A stretch of 64,000 nucleotides of DNA from Paraspadella gotoi (Eukaryota; Animalia; Chaetognatha), in NCBI GenBank assembly GCA_051294375.1, contig CM119267.1, forward strand, positions 6,065,992 to 6,129,991. Reading direction: 5' to 3'. This document shows, one piece after another, positions 24,604 to 35,519 of this stretch (its first letter is position 1; every line of letters begins with the position of its first letter). The translations under genes and the position numbers were made by a program. The notes beneath the pieces are model-generated. The model did no database searches. It was not told the DNA's origin and saw only the letters and a program-made list of their open reading frames with translations.

Positions 24604-25989
24604 TTATGTGTTAGCATGCTGTTTCGTATTCGTTAAAACTAAATGTGATATTTCCATAGTAGACCAAATACGGAAGGGTAAAGCCCAAAACGAAGCTCCT
24701 TCGGTCACATAAACTTGTGAGTCACCCTTAACACCAAGCCCCTCATAAAGACCTCTAAAAAATGGGTTTTCTAACCATAATAAAATGTTCTCTGGAAAAT
24801 ATTGTCCGCCATGCGTATGAGCAGATAAAATCAGATCAAAATGAAATCGCGAATTTAACGCGCTTAAGGCAGCTTTTGGCTGATGAGTTAATAATATTCG
24901 GGTATGATTATCTTTGATATCATTCATTGCCAAATCTAATTTAAAACCGTGGCCATCATAATTAACTTTATTAGCATAAATGTCATCAGTCCCGATAAGC
25001 CATATATAATCTTTATTTAATGAACAAAAAATTTTAACACACGAGTTGTGAAGAGGGCGAATGCCTAAACCTCTTAAAAATGAGAAAAGTTCATCAACAT
25101 GTCCCCAAATGTATTCATGGTTTCCAGTCACAAAATATATATGTTTTGCCTTTAGATTCTGTAACAAGGAAACCGTATTAGCAAAATCTGCTAAGCTTCC
25201 ATCAAGTAAATCACCATTAATTAAAATAAGATCAGGATTTAAGTTATTAGTGATGTGTACAATTGTTTCTATATGCTTACTGCCAACAGAGGTTCCAATG
25301 TGTATGTCACCAAGATGAGCAATGACTAAACCTGTTAAAGAATGTGGTAACCCCTTGATTTTAATATCAACTTTTTTAACTTCAGGGGGACCTAATGCTC
25401 CATAAATAGAAACAGAACTGATCAATAAGGCAAACGTTAATGAACCGAGAGCCCGAAAGCAATGGAAGTAAGCATTAAATGAAGGGACAGCTGCAAATAC
25501 AATTTTGTAAAAAAAACCGTACACAGTCCAAAGCACAGTAATTAACAGAGCACTTGTAAGGAACTGTAGGTGAATCCCAGCAACACACCATGCAATGTAG
25601 AGAAAGGTTTGAGGTAGGGGGATTGACAAGAGCGAGGTTACCCACGCTAATTGCGATAAGATGCAAATAACCACAAACAGAAATCTTTTAAAGTAATGGA
25701 AAAATAAAGTATATGATGGATGAAGTTCCAAAATGAAGGCAAAATTTGTTACACTGAAGCCAAATAAACTGAGAAATGTCAAAAGCACTTGTGATATAAT
25801 CAGAGTTTGCATTCGTCTGATGAAAATACTCGTTTCCCTATTGTAGGAGCGAAGCGAAATCTCCAACCACAGGACACCAGATGCCAAAAAGCTTAAGAAC
25901 AGTATAACCCAGCGCCTTGGCAAATAATTCTTTATAACGGAGATAGAGGTTTGATTTAATCTTTCAATTAGTTGTGGTAGACTAGTCAT
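24604..25989 (-). CDS. TMPPE: Transmembrane protein with metallophosphoesterase domain, copy 1
   Basis: N-terminal TM helices plus DIH, GDLLD, GNHE and HTHGGQ motifs; intronless. Confidence 0.88.
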   Translation of the reverse strand: MTSLPQLIERLNQTSISVIKNYLPRRWVILFLSFLASGVLWLEISLRSYNRETSIFIRRMQTLIISQVLLTFLSLFGFSVTNFAFILELHPSYTLFFHYFKRFLFVVICILSQLAWVTSLLSIPLPQTFLYIAWCVAGIHLQFLTSALLITVLWTVYGFFYKIVFAAVPSFNAYFHCFRALGSLTFALLISSVSIYGALGPPEVKKVDIKIKGLPHSLTGLVIAHLGDIHIGTSVGSKHIETIVHITNNLNPDLILINGDLLDGSLADFANTVSLLQNLKAKHIYFVTGNHEYIWGHVDELFSFLRGLGIRPLHNSCVKIFCSLNKDYIWLIGTDDIYANKVNYDGHGFKLDLAMNDIKDNHTRILLTHQPKAALSALNSRFHFDLILSAHTHGGQYFPENILLWLENPFFRGLYEGLGVKGDSQVYVTEGASFWALPFRIWSTMEISHLVLTNTKQHANT

Positions 25990-26436
25990 GGTTCCAAAAA
26001 GATTGGCAAAATATACACGCATATACTTCGTTTCCTAAATGGATATAAAAATATTTTAAGTAAAAGCTTTTGTAAATAAAAATACGATATAACGTTTTAC
26101 ATAAAACCCCACATAGAACACAAATTTACCACAAATATTAGTAGTTAAACTTAAGATTTTTTTCAATTTAAAAATAAATCGATTAGTCAACAAAAATAAA
26201 ATCAATAATTAAAGCAGTTGAAACAGTTGCTGGTAATAAAAAGCAAAAGCAATAAATCACAGCCGGATTGGTAAAAAAAAAGTTATTCAAAAGATCCAAA
26301 ATTGGCGACATTAATATAAAATTTCCTGCAACAAGATCCATAAAACCATTTTGATATTTAATTACATATAAGAAATACCCTATTTTTTTCAAATAATAGT
26401 TACACTTAAACTAAAATGAATGTTTTCGATTATAAA

Positions 26437-27771
26437 TTAAGTCAAAATAAGCTTTGATATTTCCATGGTAGACCCAAGACGAAAGGGAAAGGCCCAAAAC
26501 ATTGTCCCTTCAGTCACATAGACCTGTGAGTTACTTAAAGGTCCTAATCCTTGATAAAGACCTCTAAAAAAAGGGTTTTCTAGCCACAACCAAATATTTT
26601 CTGGAAAAAATTCTCCTCCGTGAGTATGAGCCGAAAGGATAAGGTCAAAGTGATAATGCGAATTTAGAGCGAGTTGGGCTGCCTTCGGCTGATGGGTAAC
26701 TAAAATACGGGGATGATTATCTTCAATGCCACTCATCGCCAAATCCAAGTTAAAGCCATGATTATCATAACCGATTTCATCGGCATAGATATCGTCCGTC
26801 CCAATGAGCCAAACGTAATCATTTTTTTTGGAGCCAATGATTTTTACGTGTGAATTTCGAAGAGAGAGAAAGTCATAGGTAGAGAGAAACCGAAGCAGAT
26901 CATCTACATTTCCCCAAATATACTCATGATTTCCCGTAACTACATAAACACCATACGTAGCTTTAAGCTTCTCAAGGCGAGACAATGCATCAGCAAAATG
27001 GCTAACACGTCCATCGAGAATATCCCCATTTATTACAATTAAGTCTGGATTAAAACTATTGGTGATTTCCACAACGGTGTCTACGTGATAACTACCCACA
27101 GACATTCCAATATGTATATCTCCGAGCTGCGCGATTACTAGTCCTTTTAAAGAAGGTGGTAATCTATCAATCTTGATTTCAATTGGTCGAACCTCGGGTG
27201 GACCAAGCGCTCCATGGATAGAAAACGCACAAATTACAATAGCATAGACAAATGAAGTGATTGCACGAAAATTATGGAAGTTTAACCAAGATGGGAAATA
27301 AAAAAAATTTTTCCATATGAGCGTCAAAAACAGAGCGCATAAAACATACTGCAAATGAATTCCAGCAGCGCACCATGCTACGAAAAGAAGCTTAACGGGA
27401 AAGGGCGAGGATATTAAAGCTGTTACCCATGCTAACTGTGTCAAAACGCAGACACAGATTAAAAAAAGTCTACAAAAATCCCACAGAACTATCACAGAGA
27501 CACGATAGCTTCCTAAAGTGTAAGCCTTTATTCTGCTTTTGTTATAGACGAAGATACTGAGGGCAGCCACCAGTGTTTGAGATAATATCAAATACTGCAA
27601 CCGCCTAAAGAGCATTCTTGCATCTTTGTCGAATGACTGCAGGAGGAATTCTGCGAAAAGAACGCAAGCAGCCAGTAATCCAACAGCTATAACTAACCAC
27701 CTGGGCGTTAAATGTTCGAAAATAGGAAAAATTTTGTGTTGAAAATAGTTTTTGACAGAATGAAGCGTCAT
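26437..27771 (-). CDS. TMPPE: Transmembrane protein with metallophosphoesterase domain, copy 2 (tandem paralog)
   Basis: Same motifs; collinear with copy 1 along its length. Confidence 0.88.
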   Translation of the reverse strand: MTLHSVKNYFQHKIFPIFEHLTPRWLVIAVGLLAACVLFAEFLLQSFDKDARMLFRRLQYLILSQTLVAALSIFVYNKSRIKAYTLGSYRVSVIVLWDFCRLFLICVCVLTQLAWVTALISSPFPVKLLFVAWCAAGIHLQYVLCALFLTLIWKNFFYFPSWLNFHNFRAITSFVYAIVICAFSIHGALGPPEVRPIEIKIDRLPPSLKGLVIAQLGDIHIGMSVGSYHVDTVVEITNSFNPDLIVINGDILDGRVSHFADALSRLEKLKATYGVYVVTGNHEYIWGNVDDLLRFLSTYDFLSLRNSHVKIIGSKKNDYVWLIGTDDIYADEIGYDNHGFNLDLAMSGIEDNHPRILVTHQPKAAQLALNSHYHFDLILSAHTHGGEFFPENIWLWLENPFFRGLYQGLGPLSNSQVYVTEGTMFWAFPFRLGSTMEISKLILT

Positions 27772-27834
27772 GGCTCTTATAGCACTAGGTAAATTCCAAA
27801 AATTTTATTGGAATAATGTTTCTTCTGAAATAAA

Positions 27835-28065
27835 AAAAATTTTAAAAGTATTGTGATCTCGCCAGACGTTACCATCAAAGAAAATTAATAAAAAGACCAC
27901 CAAAAAAAATACGAATGATTGATGTAATAGTGATTGATTGATGTAATAATAATTTATTTATTAATGTAATAGTAATTGATTGATTGATGTAATAATAATT
28001 GATTGATTGATGTAATAATAATTGATTGATTGATGTAATAATAATTGATTGATATAATAGTAATT
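27835..28065 (-). mobile_element. End fragment of the Helentron/DINE-like repeat family also found in the SAMM50 and ECHDC3 introns
   Basis: The reverse complement matches 48540-48640 and 52545-52580 (aacgtctggcgagatca.tatacttttaa). It is followed by an (ATTG/AAT)n microsatellite. Confidence 0.7.
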
Positions 28066-28066
28066 G

Positions 28067-29873
28067 AGCATTCCTGGAGATCAATGCCCTCTGGAGGCCT
28101 ATGGGAAAATGAAGAGCAAGGTTTTTTTTAAAGAATAAATGGAAAAAAGAAGAGAAATGGAATGGAAAAGGATAACGTTTTGAGAAAAAAAAGGAATTCA
28201 GATATCTTTTTTTTTTTTAATATTTTTTATTTTTATTATATGAAATTGGTACAACCAATATATATTTGGGTAAAAATTAAGGTTAAAATAAATTATGGTT
28301 AAGAATAAATTAAGAATAAGTGTAAGTGAATTTAAAAAAATTAAGGTTAAAAATAGGTTAGGCTTAAGTTAGGGTTAGGGGTAAGTTAGGAGGGTAAGTT
28401 AGGGGTAAGGGTAAGTTAGGGTAAGTTTGGGTTAGGGGTAAGTTAAGGGTAAATTAGAGTTAAATTTAAAATTAAGTTTTGGCTTAAGTATACAATAATT
28501 TAACATTTCAAAAAATAATATTTAAATATTAATAAATTTATAAAAATATAATAATAATATTTACAAAATAACAGTTTTTATTTATGATTACAATGGTCAT
28601 TTAATAATTCGGAGAGAATGAGAGATATCAGGGTTAAAATTGCCTCTCTCTCTATCTCTCAAAGTTAGTGTTAGGACCCGCCGGTCCGTCCCTCCAGAAA
28701 AACGCCCCCGAGAATCTTTGATTCGAGGAACTTCTATCGGCGAACCGCTTCGGTCGTTCGGGGAAACCTTCAAAGGCAAGAATTGGCGGCCGGAGTGGAT
28801 CGACGAAGAATATCAAACAGTTTATCTTTTAATCTTTGAGTTTCTGAAGAATTCTTAAAAAAGGTACCTTAATAAAATAATCAAAGCATATAGATATTCA
28901 AACAGTACACAGAATAATATCAAAAATCATTATTAAACGTTCAAAAGAATTACAATGAATTATATAAAGAAAACGTAAGGATTCAGAACGCAATGAATAA
29001 TAATGAAAAAATACTGAATTTCGACAAAATAACTGAATCACGACGATGACGAATGTAGAGAAAAGATCATAAATAAACGGTAAATCCTTGTGACGACGTA
29101 ATAAAGTTTAACACAGATATCACGATTTGTGAGTCTTTGGATCTAACATTAGTATCCAAATATTTAAAAACTATTAAAACTGGTTGATGAAGGTTCAAAA
29201 AACAAGAACCTAAACATATCCGAATTATTAAATGATCATCAATGGTTATCACAAATGAAAACTGTTTTGTAAATATCTATCAAAGGCAATAAAAAAAATT
29301 ATTATGAAAGAACCCCCTCCTCGACCTAGCGGAGAGGGAGAAGACGTCGGGAGAGAAACTGGACTAAAGACCGGGACCGCTGGCGCCGTAAAGTTTATAA
29401 GTTTCTTATCCACTTGGAGTCTTGATATTTAATGGTACCTTAATAAAATAAAGCATATAGATATTCATACAGACAATAATGAAATACTAACTAATTAATC
29501 AAAGCAATAGTAAATAAATAAACAAATCCATGAAGAAACCACTAAGCGTCCACAAATGTTTATTATTTTAGAGAAGAGTCCCGTTTCAGAGCAGAATCTG
29601 GAATGACCGCAAAAGAGAGAAAGAGACGTATGTCGATATCTCCTATATTAAAAGAGCATCTGAGTTACGGTCGTCTGGACTTTACAATTATAATTAATTT
29701 TTTTTTAAAATTAAAAAGAAATCCTTAGCTCGTGAAGCTTAAAAACGTTTTTAATATCATTGTTGTTACAGTCTTAACTTTTCTTTTCCATAAAAAAAAG
29801 AACTTTATTTTTTCCTTTTCTTTCTTTTCGTTTTCCCATAAGCCTCCAGGGGGAATTCAACTCCGGGATCGCC
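28067..29873. mobile_element. Non-autonomous TIR element (Mutator- or hAT-like) with an 8-9 bp target-site duplication
   Basis: ~50-bp imperfect TIRs (AGCATTCCTGGAG...GGCCTATGGGAAAATGAA versus TTCGTTTTCCCATAAGCC...CTCCGGGATCGCC). AGTAATTG flanks both sides (28059-28066 and 29874-29881). It contains GGTTAG/GGTAAG repeats at ~28350-28470. Confidence 0.75.
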
Positions 29874-30179
29874 AGTAATTGATTGATTGATGTAATTGAT
29901 TGATTGAAAGCGGATAATTAAATATTAGTTATCTGGTTCTAGGTCCCGATCACATTAATGAAGAGTTATCTCTTTTGAAGGCAATTGATAAACGTTGTAA
30001 AAACGATTTACATTCGAAAAAAATTAATAATATGAATTAATTAATCGAATAAATGCTATTAAATATTGATAATTAATTAACGAAAGGCGAAGGGTGTTTC
30101 TTGTTTGTTGACTTTTCGACCAAAGGAACATCGAGGAGTAGGAGGAGGAAGAGGAGGAAGAAGAACGAATAAAACAAAA

Positions 30180-30730
30180 GGGAGCTAAAAATAGAACCAG
30201 CCTTACAATTATTATAAAATTGTATATATAAATCTAAATATTTTCCCTTTTTATCTTTTTTTTTTTTTTTTTGCATCTAGACCTACCCCTTCCCCTCGCT
30301 GGGAACCGGTGGGGGTTGAGTATCGTTTAATCGATGGAATTCATGGGGAAGTGGAAAGGGACTGAGGAAGAGGAAGAGGAGGGAGAAGTGGAAGAGTCCA
30401 CGGTTGGCGTCTCTCCTTTTTTTATTTTGTTTTTACTTAAATTTATTTTGTTTTGTTTTACTTCTTTTTCCATTTTTTTCATATTTTATTTTTTTCCCTC
30501 TAGCCTAAGGAATCGATTAAACTTTCTTACTCAGTCACACGGTCGAATGAATTTTCCGTCGATTACTTTGAATGTGGCTCGCGATTGTCTAGACGAAGAA
30601 ACGTGCGAACACCGTTTCTGTGCTTTGCCTCGCATCCGTTTGATTGAACGCGGGATTTTTCTCTCACCGGTTCGTGTTTGTTTACGTTCGAATTACGTAA
30701 TATCACGCGGCCCGTTTATTTATTTCAAAT
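30180..30730. promoter_or_regulatory. Putative bidirectional promoter at the strand switch
   Basis: This is the only divergent intergenic region. It has a GC-rich centre with an outward-facing GGGGAAG(G/T)GG on both strands and a CpG-rich non-coding block at 30540-30730. Confidence 0.45.
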
Positions 30731-30839
30731 AACGTTTTAACCTAATGCCTTATCATAATTTACTTTGTATCATTACTTACTGAGTGATCAATGACTAACA
30801 ATGCTTCTCATTTCAGAATCAATCTCTTAAATAAAGGAT

Positions 30840-32471
30840 ATGGCGTTCCTTGACGATCGTGACTGGCTCATTTCCCATATTCGCCACTGCTTCGTGACGA
30901 GCGACGAAACGGGGCTCTGCGAAAGAATCATCGCACAAGACGAAGAATGGGAAAGACTCGTCGACGGAGATCGAGGACGAGACGTCTTCATGTCTTTCGG
31001 CTCCTGGACGAGAAACGATGAGGCTTCCTCCGATTCCGACGGATTCTCCCAGGAGTCGTCGTTTTCCTCGTCGCCGCTCGCGTCTCCCGTCGCCGCTTCA
31101 ATGCCCCATTCTTTCGAAATCCGTTTCGGCCTCAACTACAGTTCCAAGTTCAAGAAAGACCGTCAACCCGTTGGAATCAAAGTAAAAAAGGATAAAACGC
31201 CGGCGCCGAAACAGCGAAACTTTGACTGGCGCCGTGAAGACGTAGAGTACGATCCGGAATCGATGGGACACTTGTTCGAAAGGAAAGAGATTCCGGCTCG
31301 TTCTGCGGACTCTGACGGCGATGCGAAGCCGCTTTCCTCGCTTTCCAAGCTGTTGACTACCGTGGCGGATCTCCCGGAGGACCCTTTCTTCTCGTTCGCC
31401 CAGTTTGACGCCGCTTCTCACCCAGGCGTCGCCGCCAAACGCATTGACATCTTTTTGATGATGTGCAGTGGCGAAGATCGGTGGCAACCCATGCCCGTCG
31501 TAGTGCAATGCACGGCCCGGGTTTCGGACCTCATCGGACTCATCTGCCATCATTACTCTCGCAAGCGTCGCGTCCCTCCTTTGAAAAACCTTACCGTCGA
31601 CGGTTATTCCTTATACATCGCCGACGACGACGGCGAAGTCGACGACGACATTCCACCCTTGGACTCTCGAGAACCAATTACCAAGTTTGACTTCACGAGC
31701 CTGGCATTGGTTGAGAAAGATTCCCCTCCGAGCGCCGAAGACTCGGCCACTATCATTACCGTTAACATTCCTCAGCGAGGCTGGCACAAAGTGCAGATAG
31801 AAAATCCAGACGTTCCTATGAAAGTCATCCTGAAGATTGTCCTCCAGCGCCGTCGAAAGAAGGAAGGACGCGGGATCGAGTACGTACTGGAGAAACAGAG
31901 CGAACCGGGTATTCCCGTCGACTTGGAAAAACCCCTAAAGGAGATGGAAACCCTAGAGTTTTGTCTCATTCGCCTTAACTCGGTGCGTGGCGACGAACGT
32001 CCAGACGACGAAGTTCCGGCCGAAGAGGATCAGCGCGACTCCATCCCGGAGATCCTCGGGATCTTACCTTCTCTGCCAGAGGCGAACCGACGCTACAAAG
32101 TATCCGTGGTGAAAAAGTTCAAGGCCAACGCCGAAGTCCACTTGGACATTGACGGGGAGCGATTGGAAGTAACGCCCATTTCGGGTTCCGGCTCCAGCGT
32201 CAAGCCCTTGAATCTAGAGATGCAGACCCTTATTCATGCCGAGATCGTTGAGGAGAAGGCGAAAGGCAAAGCCACATTTCGAGTTCGCTATCAATCGGGC
32301 GGCAATTCGGACGCCAAGCACATTGATTTCAAGTGCCTGTCGATGGTGGCGAGGGAAATTGTTGATCGCGTCAACGCCGTATTAGATTTCCGGACCGGAT
32401 TGTCCGGCATTGTAGTCCGAAGAGAAAAGACGGAAAGGAGAAGCATAAAGCGGCATTCACTGTTGCCGTAA
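30840..32471 (+). CDS. MAPKAP1: TORC2 subunit SIN1, intronless
   Basis: MAFLDDRDWLISHIRHCFVTSDETGLCE, a CRIM region (DLIGLIC...YIADDDGEVD), then RBD and PH-like C-terminus. Confidence 0.95.
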   Translation: MAFLDDRDWLISHIRHCFVTSDETGLCERIIAQDEEWERLVDGDRGRDVFMSFGSWTRNDEASSDSDGFSQESSFSSSPLASPVAASMPHSFEIRFGLNYSSKFKKDRQPVGIKVKKDKTPAPKQRNFDWRREDVEYDPESMGHLFERKEIPARSADSDGDAKPLSSLSKLLTTVADLPEDPFFSFAQFDAASHPGVAAKRIDIFLMMCSGEDRWQPMPVVVQCTARVSDLIGLICHHYSRKRRVPPLKNLTVDGYSLYIADDDGEVDDDIPPLDSREPITKFDFTSLALVEKDSPPSAEDSATIITVNIPQRGWHKVQIENPDVPMKVILKIVLQRRRKKEGRGIEYVLEKQSEPGIPVDLEKPLKEMETLEFCLIRLNSVRGDERPDDEVPAEEDQRDSIPEILGILPSLPEANRRYKVSVVKKFKANAEVHLDIDGERLEVTPISGSGSSVKPLNLEMQTLIHAEIVEEKAKGKATFRVRYQSGGNSDAKHIDFKCLSMVAREIVDRVNAVLDFRTGLSGIVVRREKTERRSIKRHSLLP

Positions 32472-32617
32472 AAGGGTGTCCGAAGAGGTTCGCCTCTATA
32501 GTATTTCATTGTGTTGGTTTTTCAATGATTACCTAAATCTAGTCCATTACGAATGAAATTCATTTTTTATTTTTTTAATTTATACTTTCTTTCTGATCTC
32601 AGCAATCAGTCGTTGAA

Positions 32618-34962
32618 ATGTCGGAAAACGACGAAAACCACAGATGCGTCGTTGAAGCAACAGTCGTCAGTGGTTTCGAAGAGGTTGCCGCCCAAGAGAT
32701 ACGTGATAAACTGTCCGCGAATCCCAACCCGCTTTATAATGAATATGAGATTTTTAAAGGTACAATTTGAATGAGTTGAGAAACCTCTAAAACATATTGA
32801 TAATTGAAGTATTGAACAAAAGTTGGTTGAAAAAATTGCACATGTAAGAGTAAAAAAAATGAAAACAAGATCGGTGCATCCAATGTGTTGCGCCGCAATG
32901 ATTTTCTTTTCACGTGTATTTCTCTTTGATCATATGATTACATAATTATGAAATTTGTATAACAAACGTTTTATGGTTCATAATTTCAAACAATCAGACA
33001 TTACACGAAGTATGCCGCATTCATTTTACGTATTTATAACATGTACTGTATCGGAATTCTGTCTTTTATTCTTGAATGTTTTACGATTTCCTAAAGGCGG
33101 CGCAAGCAGTTTCTTAGATTTGAGGTTTTTTTCTGTATTAATAAATTAGCTAATTATAAATATTTTTAATATAAGTGGGACAGACCAAGACAGACATACC
33201 GACCGACCGACCGAAAAGTGACTTAGAGTTGCTCAGCGAGTACTCGCGGCGCAAATAACAAGAAAATTGTACGTTTAAACACTAAACACCTATAAATTTA
33301 AACCTTTCCTTTCAGGCCATTTGTATTTCAGCCTCGATGTCTGCTCAGTAAAGAACTTAAGCCAACTTCAAACTGTTGACAACTACTACGTTTTGGCGAC
33401 GGAGGTGCTGAGCGTCGATTTCTCTACTGACGTCTACGATTGCCTCAAACTTATTCGTCGGTTCCCTTCGCGGGTGCAATGGCAAGAAGCCTTCCTAGTT
33501 TGGCGCTCGGTGACGAATAAATTCCTGGATTACAACGCCGATAAAACCGAAAAAGAGATAGATACGTTTTTGAGGGACGAACCAGATTCTGAATGGTGGC
33601 CTCACGTTAGTCAAGTCAATCCTCTTTTTGAGCCCAAGTCGAAAAGCAATCGCAAAAAGGACAATAAAAAAAAGATAGTAAATGACTGCAAAACGGCTGG
33701 TCACGATGACATTGCCTCTTCGTCGCCGCCTGTGCCGCAACCGCCAGCGTCTCGCAAGAGCTCAAAAGCGAAAAATCCAAATTTGCCAACGTTTCGGGTC
33801 ACTTGCCATCGTTCCAAACCCGATGGATCTAAGCACGCTTTCACTTCGCAGGACGCCGCTAAGGTGTTCGGTGGGGCTATCAATAGGTAAAAGCTGAATT
33901 TTTTTTATCATAAAATATGGTTTTTAGTTATAAACTAGGAATTTTAGCGTTTTCGAATGGAACGTCGACATGACGGATTTCGACTTGGAGGTTGTCCTGA
34001 ACATTTCTAACGATAAAGTATGGGTGGCCATCGCTTTAAACCAGGAGTCTCTCCACAGAAGGCACATTCTTCATTTCGGTCCAACGACTCTTAGGTCGAC
34101 AATCGCAATGAACTTGCTTAAATTCTCCGGTTGGTTTTCTTGATTGGCTTGCTTACAATAATACAATTCAATCAATACGTTTATATATTAATCATTAAGA
34201 TATGCGCAATGGCGACACTATGTGCGACCCTATGTGCGGAGGAGGCAGTATTCCCATAGAAGCAGCCTACGAGTGGCCCGATTCCCATATCATCTGCGGA
34301 GACATTCACGATTTGGCCTTCCAAAGAGTTTACGATAACCTCGTATACAATAACACCAAGATCGCCGGAAAAAAAAGTAATTATAAATAGACTAATTGTT
34401 TTGTTGAGCAATCTCGTGAACGTTTTCGCCATTAAAAAAAACCAGATTCGCGAAAACCTCTCTCCGTGGACGCCTTTCAGTGGGACACGACGAGATTACC
34501 TCTACGCGACGAAACCGTGGACGTCTTCGTCACCGACCTGCCTTTCGGTAAACGAAGCGGGTCCAAGACGGAAAACAGAGTTCTCTACCCCGCTCTTCTC
34601 AACGAACTGGCGAGGGTCTCGAGGCGAGTCCGTCCATCACGATAAATCCGAGTATCACGATGAATATCTAATCAAGTAATTATTTTCAATGTTTCTGATT
34701 TGAATATCATTTATGCAGGCGGGGAAGCGGTCGCGCTGTTTTACTCACCGAAGACAAGAATAGTTTTTTCCGCGCCTTTGAGGCAAATCAATCGTTGTGG
34801 TTCAAGAAGAAACACCTTTGGATAAACATCGGTGGAATGTGGGGGGGCGTTTTTCTCCTGCAAAGAACAGATTCTCCATGGAAACGGCCGAATCCCTCGA
34901 AAAACAGTTTGCGGCAAAAGGAAAAACGGAAAAGAAAGTTGACTAAAGAAAGTGCTTTCTAA
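32618..34962 (+). CDS. THUMPD3: THUMP domain tRNA (guanine-N2)-methyltransferase, multi-exon
   Basis: TFRVTCHR...HAFTSQDAAKVFGGAI, ESLHRR, FGPTTLRST, CDPMCGGGSIPIE, VTDLPFGKR and GRAVLLT. Confidence 0.92.
32860..33262. mobile_element. Helentron/DINE-1-like non-autonomous element in THUMPD3 intron 1
   Basis: Subterminal inverted repeat TTGCGCCGC (32888) / GCGGCGCAA (33097, 33246), palindrome GCGAGTACTCGC, and a (GACC/GACA)n microsatellite at 33180-33213. Confidence 0.55.
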
Positions 34963-35070
34963 AACTTTTTTGTTTGTTTTATTTATCTTTGATTCAACGA
35001 ATTACGTTGAAATGTTTCAAGTTTGTTAACAATTCTTTGGTGAGTGCTCTTAAAAAGGTACACAGTAGTC

Positions 35071-35289
35071 ATGAGTATTGAGACGATCTACAATTCCATC
35101 TTCAAGCGTACCTCGACCTTTGCGCTCGCTATCATTGTCGGCGCGCTGTTTTTCGATCGCAGTCTCAATGTTATTATAGACAAGGTGTGGTATCGAACAA
35201 ACCATGGAAAGCTGTACCCGGATGTAGCTCGTCGAATGGAGGCGATCAACGCTGCTGCCGACGAAGAGGACGAGGACGATGACGAATGA
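35071..35289 (+). CDS. UQCR10: Cytochrome b-c1 complex subunit 9
   Basis: IYNSIFKRTSTFALAIIVGALFFDR...NHGKL. Confidence 0.93.
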   Translation: MSIETIYNSIFKRTSTFALAIIVGALFFDRSLNVIIDKVWYRTNHGKLYPDVARRMEAINAAADEEDEDDDE

Positions 35290-35519
35290 TCGACAAACTA
35301 CGAGAGCTTATGTCCAACATCGGAATCAAGAAAATGACTGAACTTTTAGCTCCCTGCCTCCAATTGATGAATGCGCCGTATTTATATAAAAGTTTTATAA
35401 GTTTATATAAAAACTTTTCATCTTTATGACCTCAGTAATATGTTGAATTGCTGGTTTTGTTTTTCAGATTAATTAGATTACATTTCAAGGAAAATACTAT
35501 TTTAAAACAAAGGTAAACT

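Noticed and set aside
28350-28470. TTAGG(G)-like repeats as a telomere or fusion scar
   Set aside because: They are degenerate, short and enclosed within a TIR element.
30334-30732. 132-aa ORF at the strand switch as a real gene
   Set aside because: It is poly-Glu plus Phe-rich translation of a T-rich intron-like tract, with no recognisable homology.
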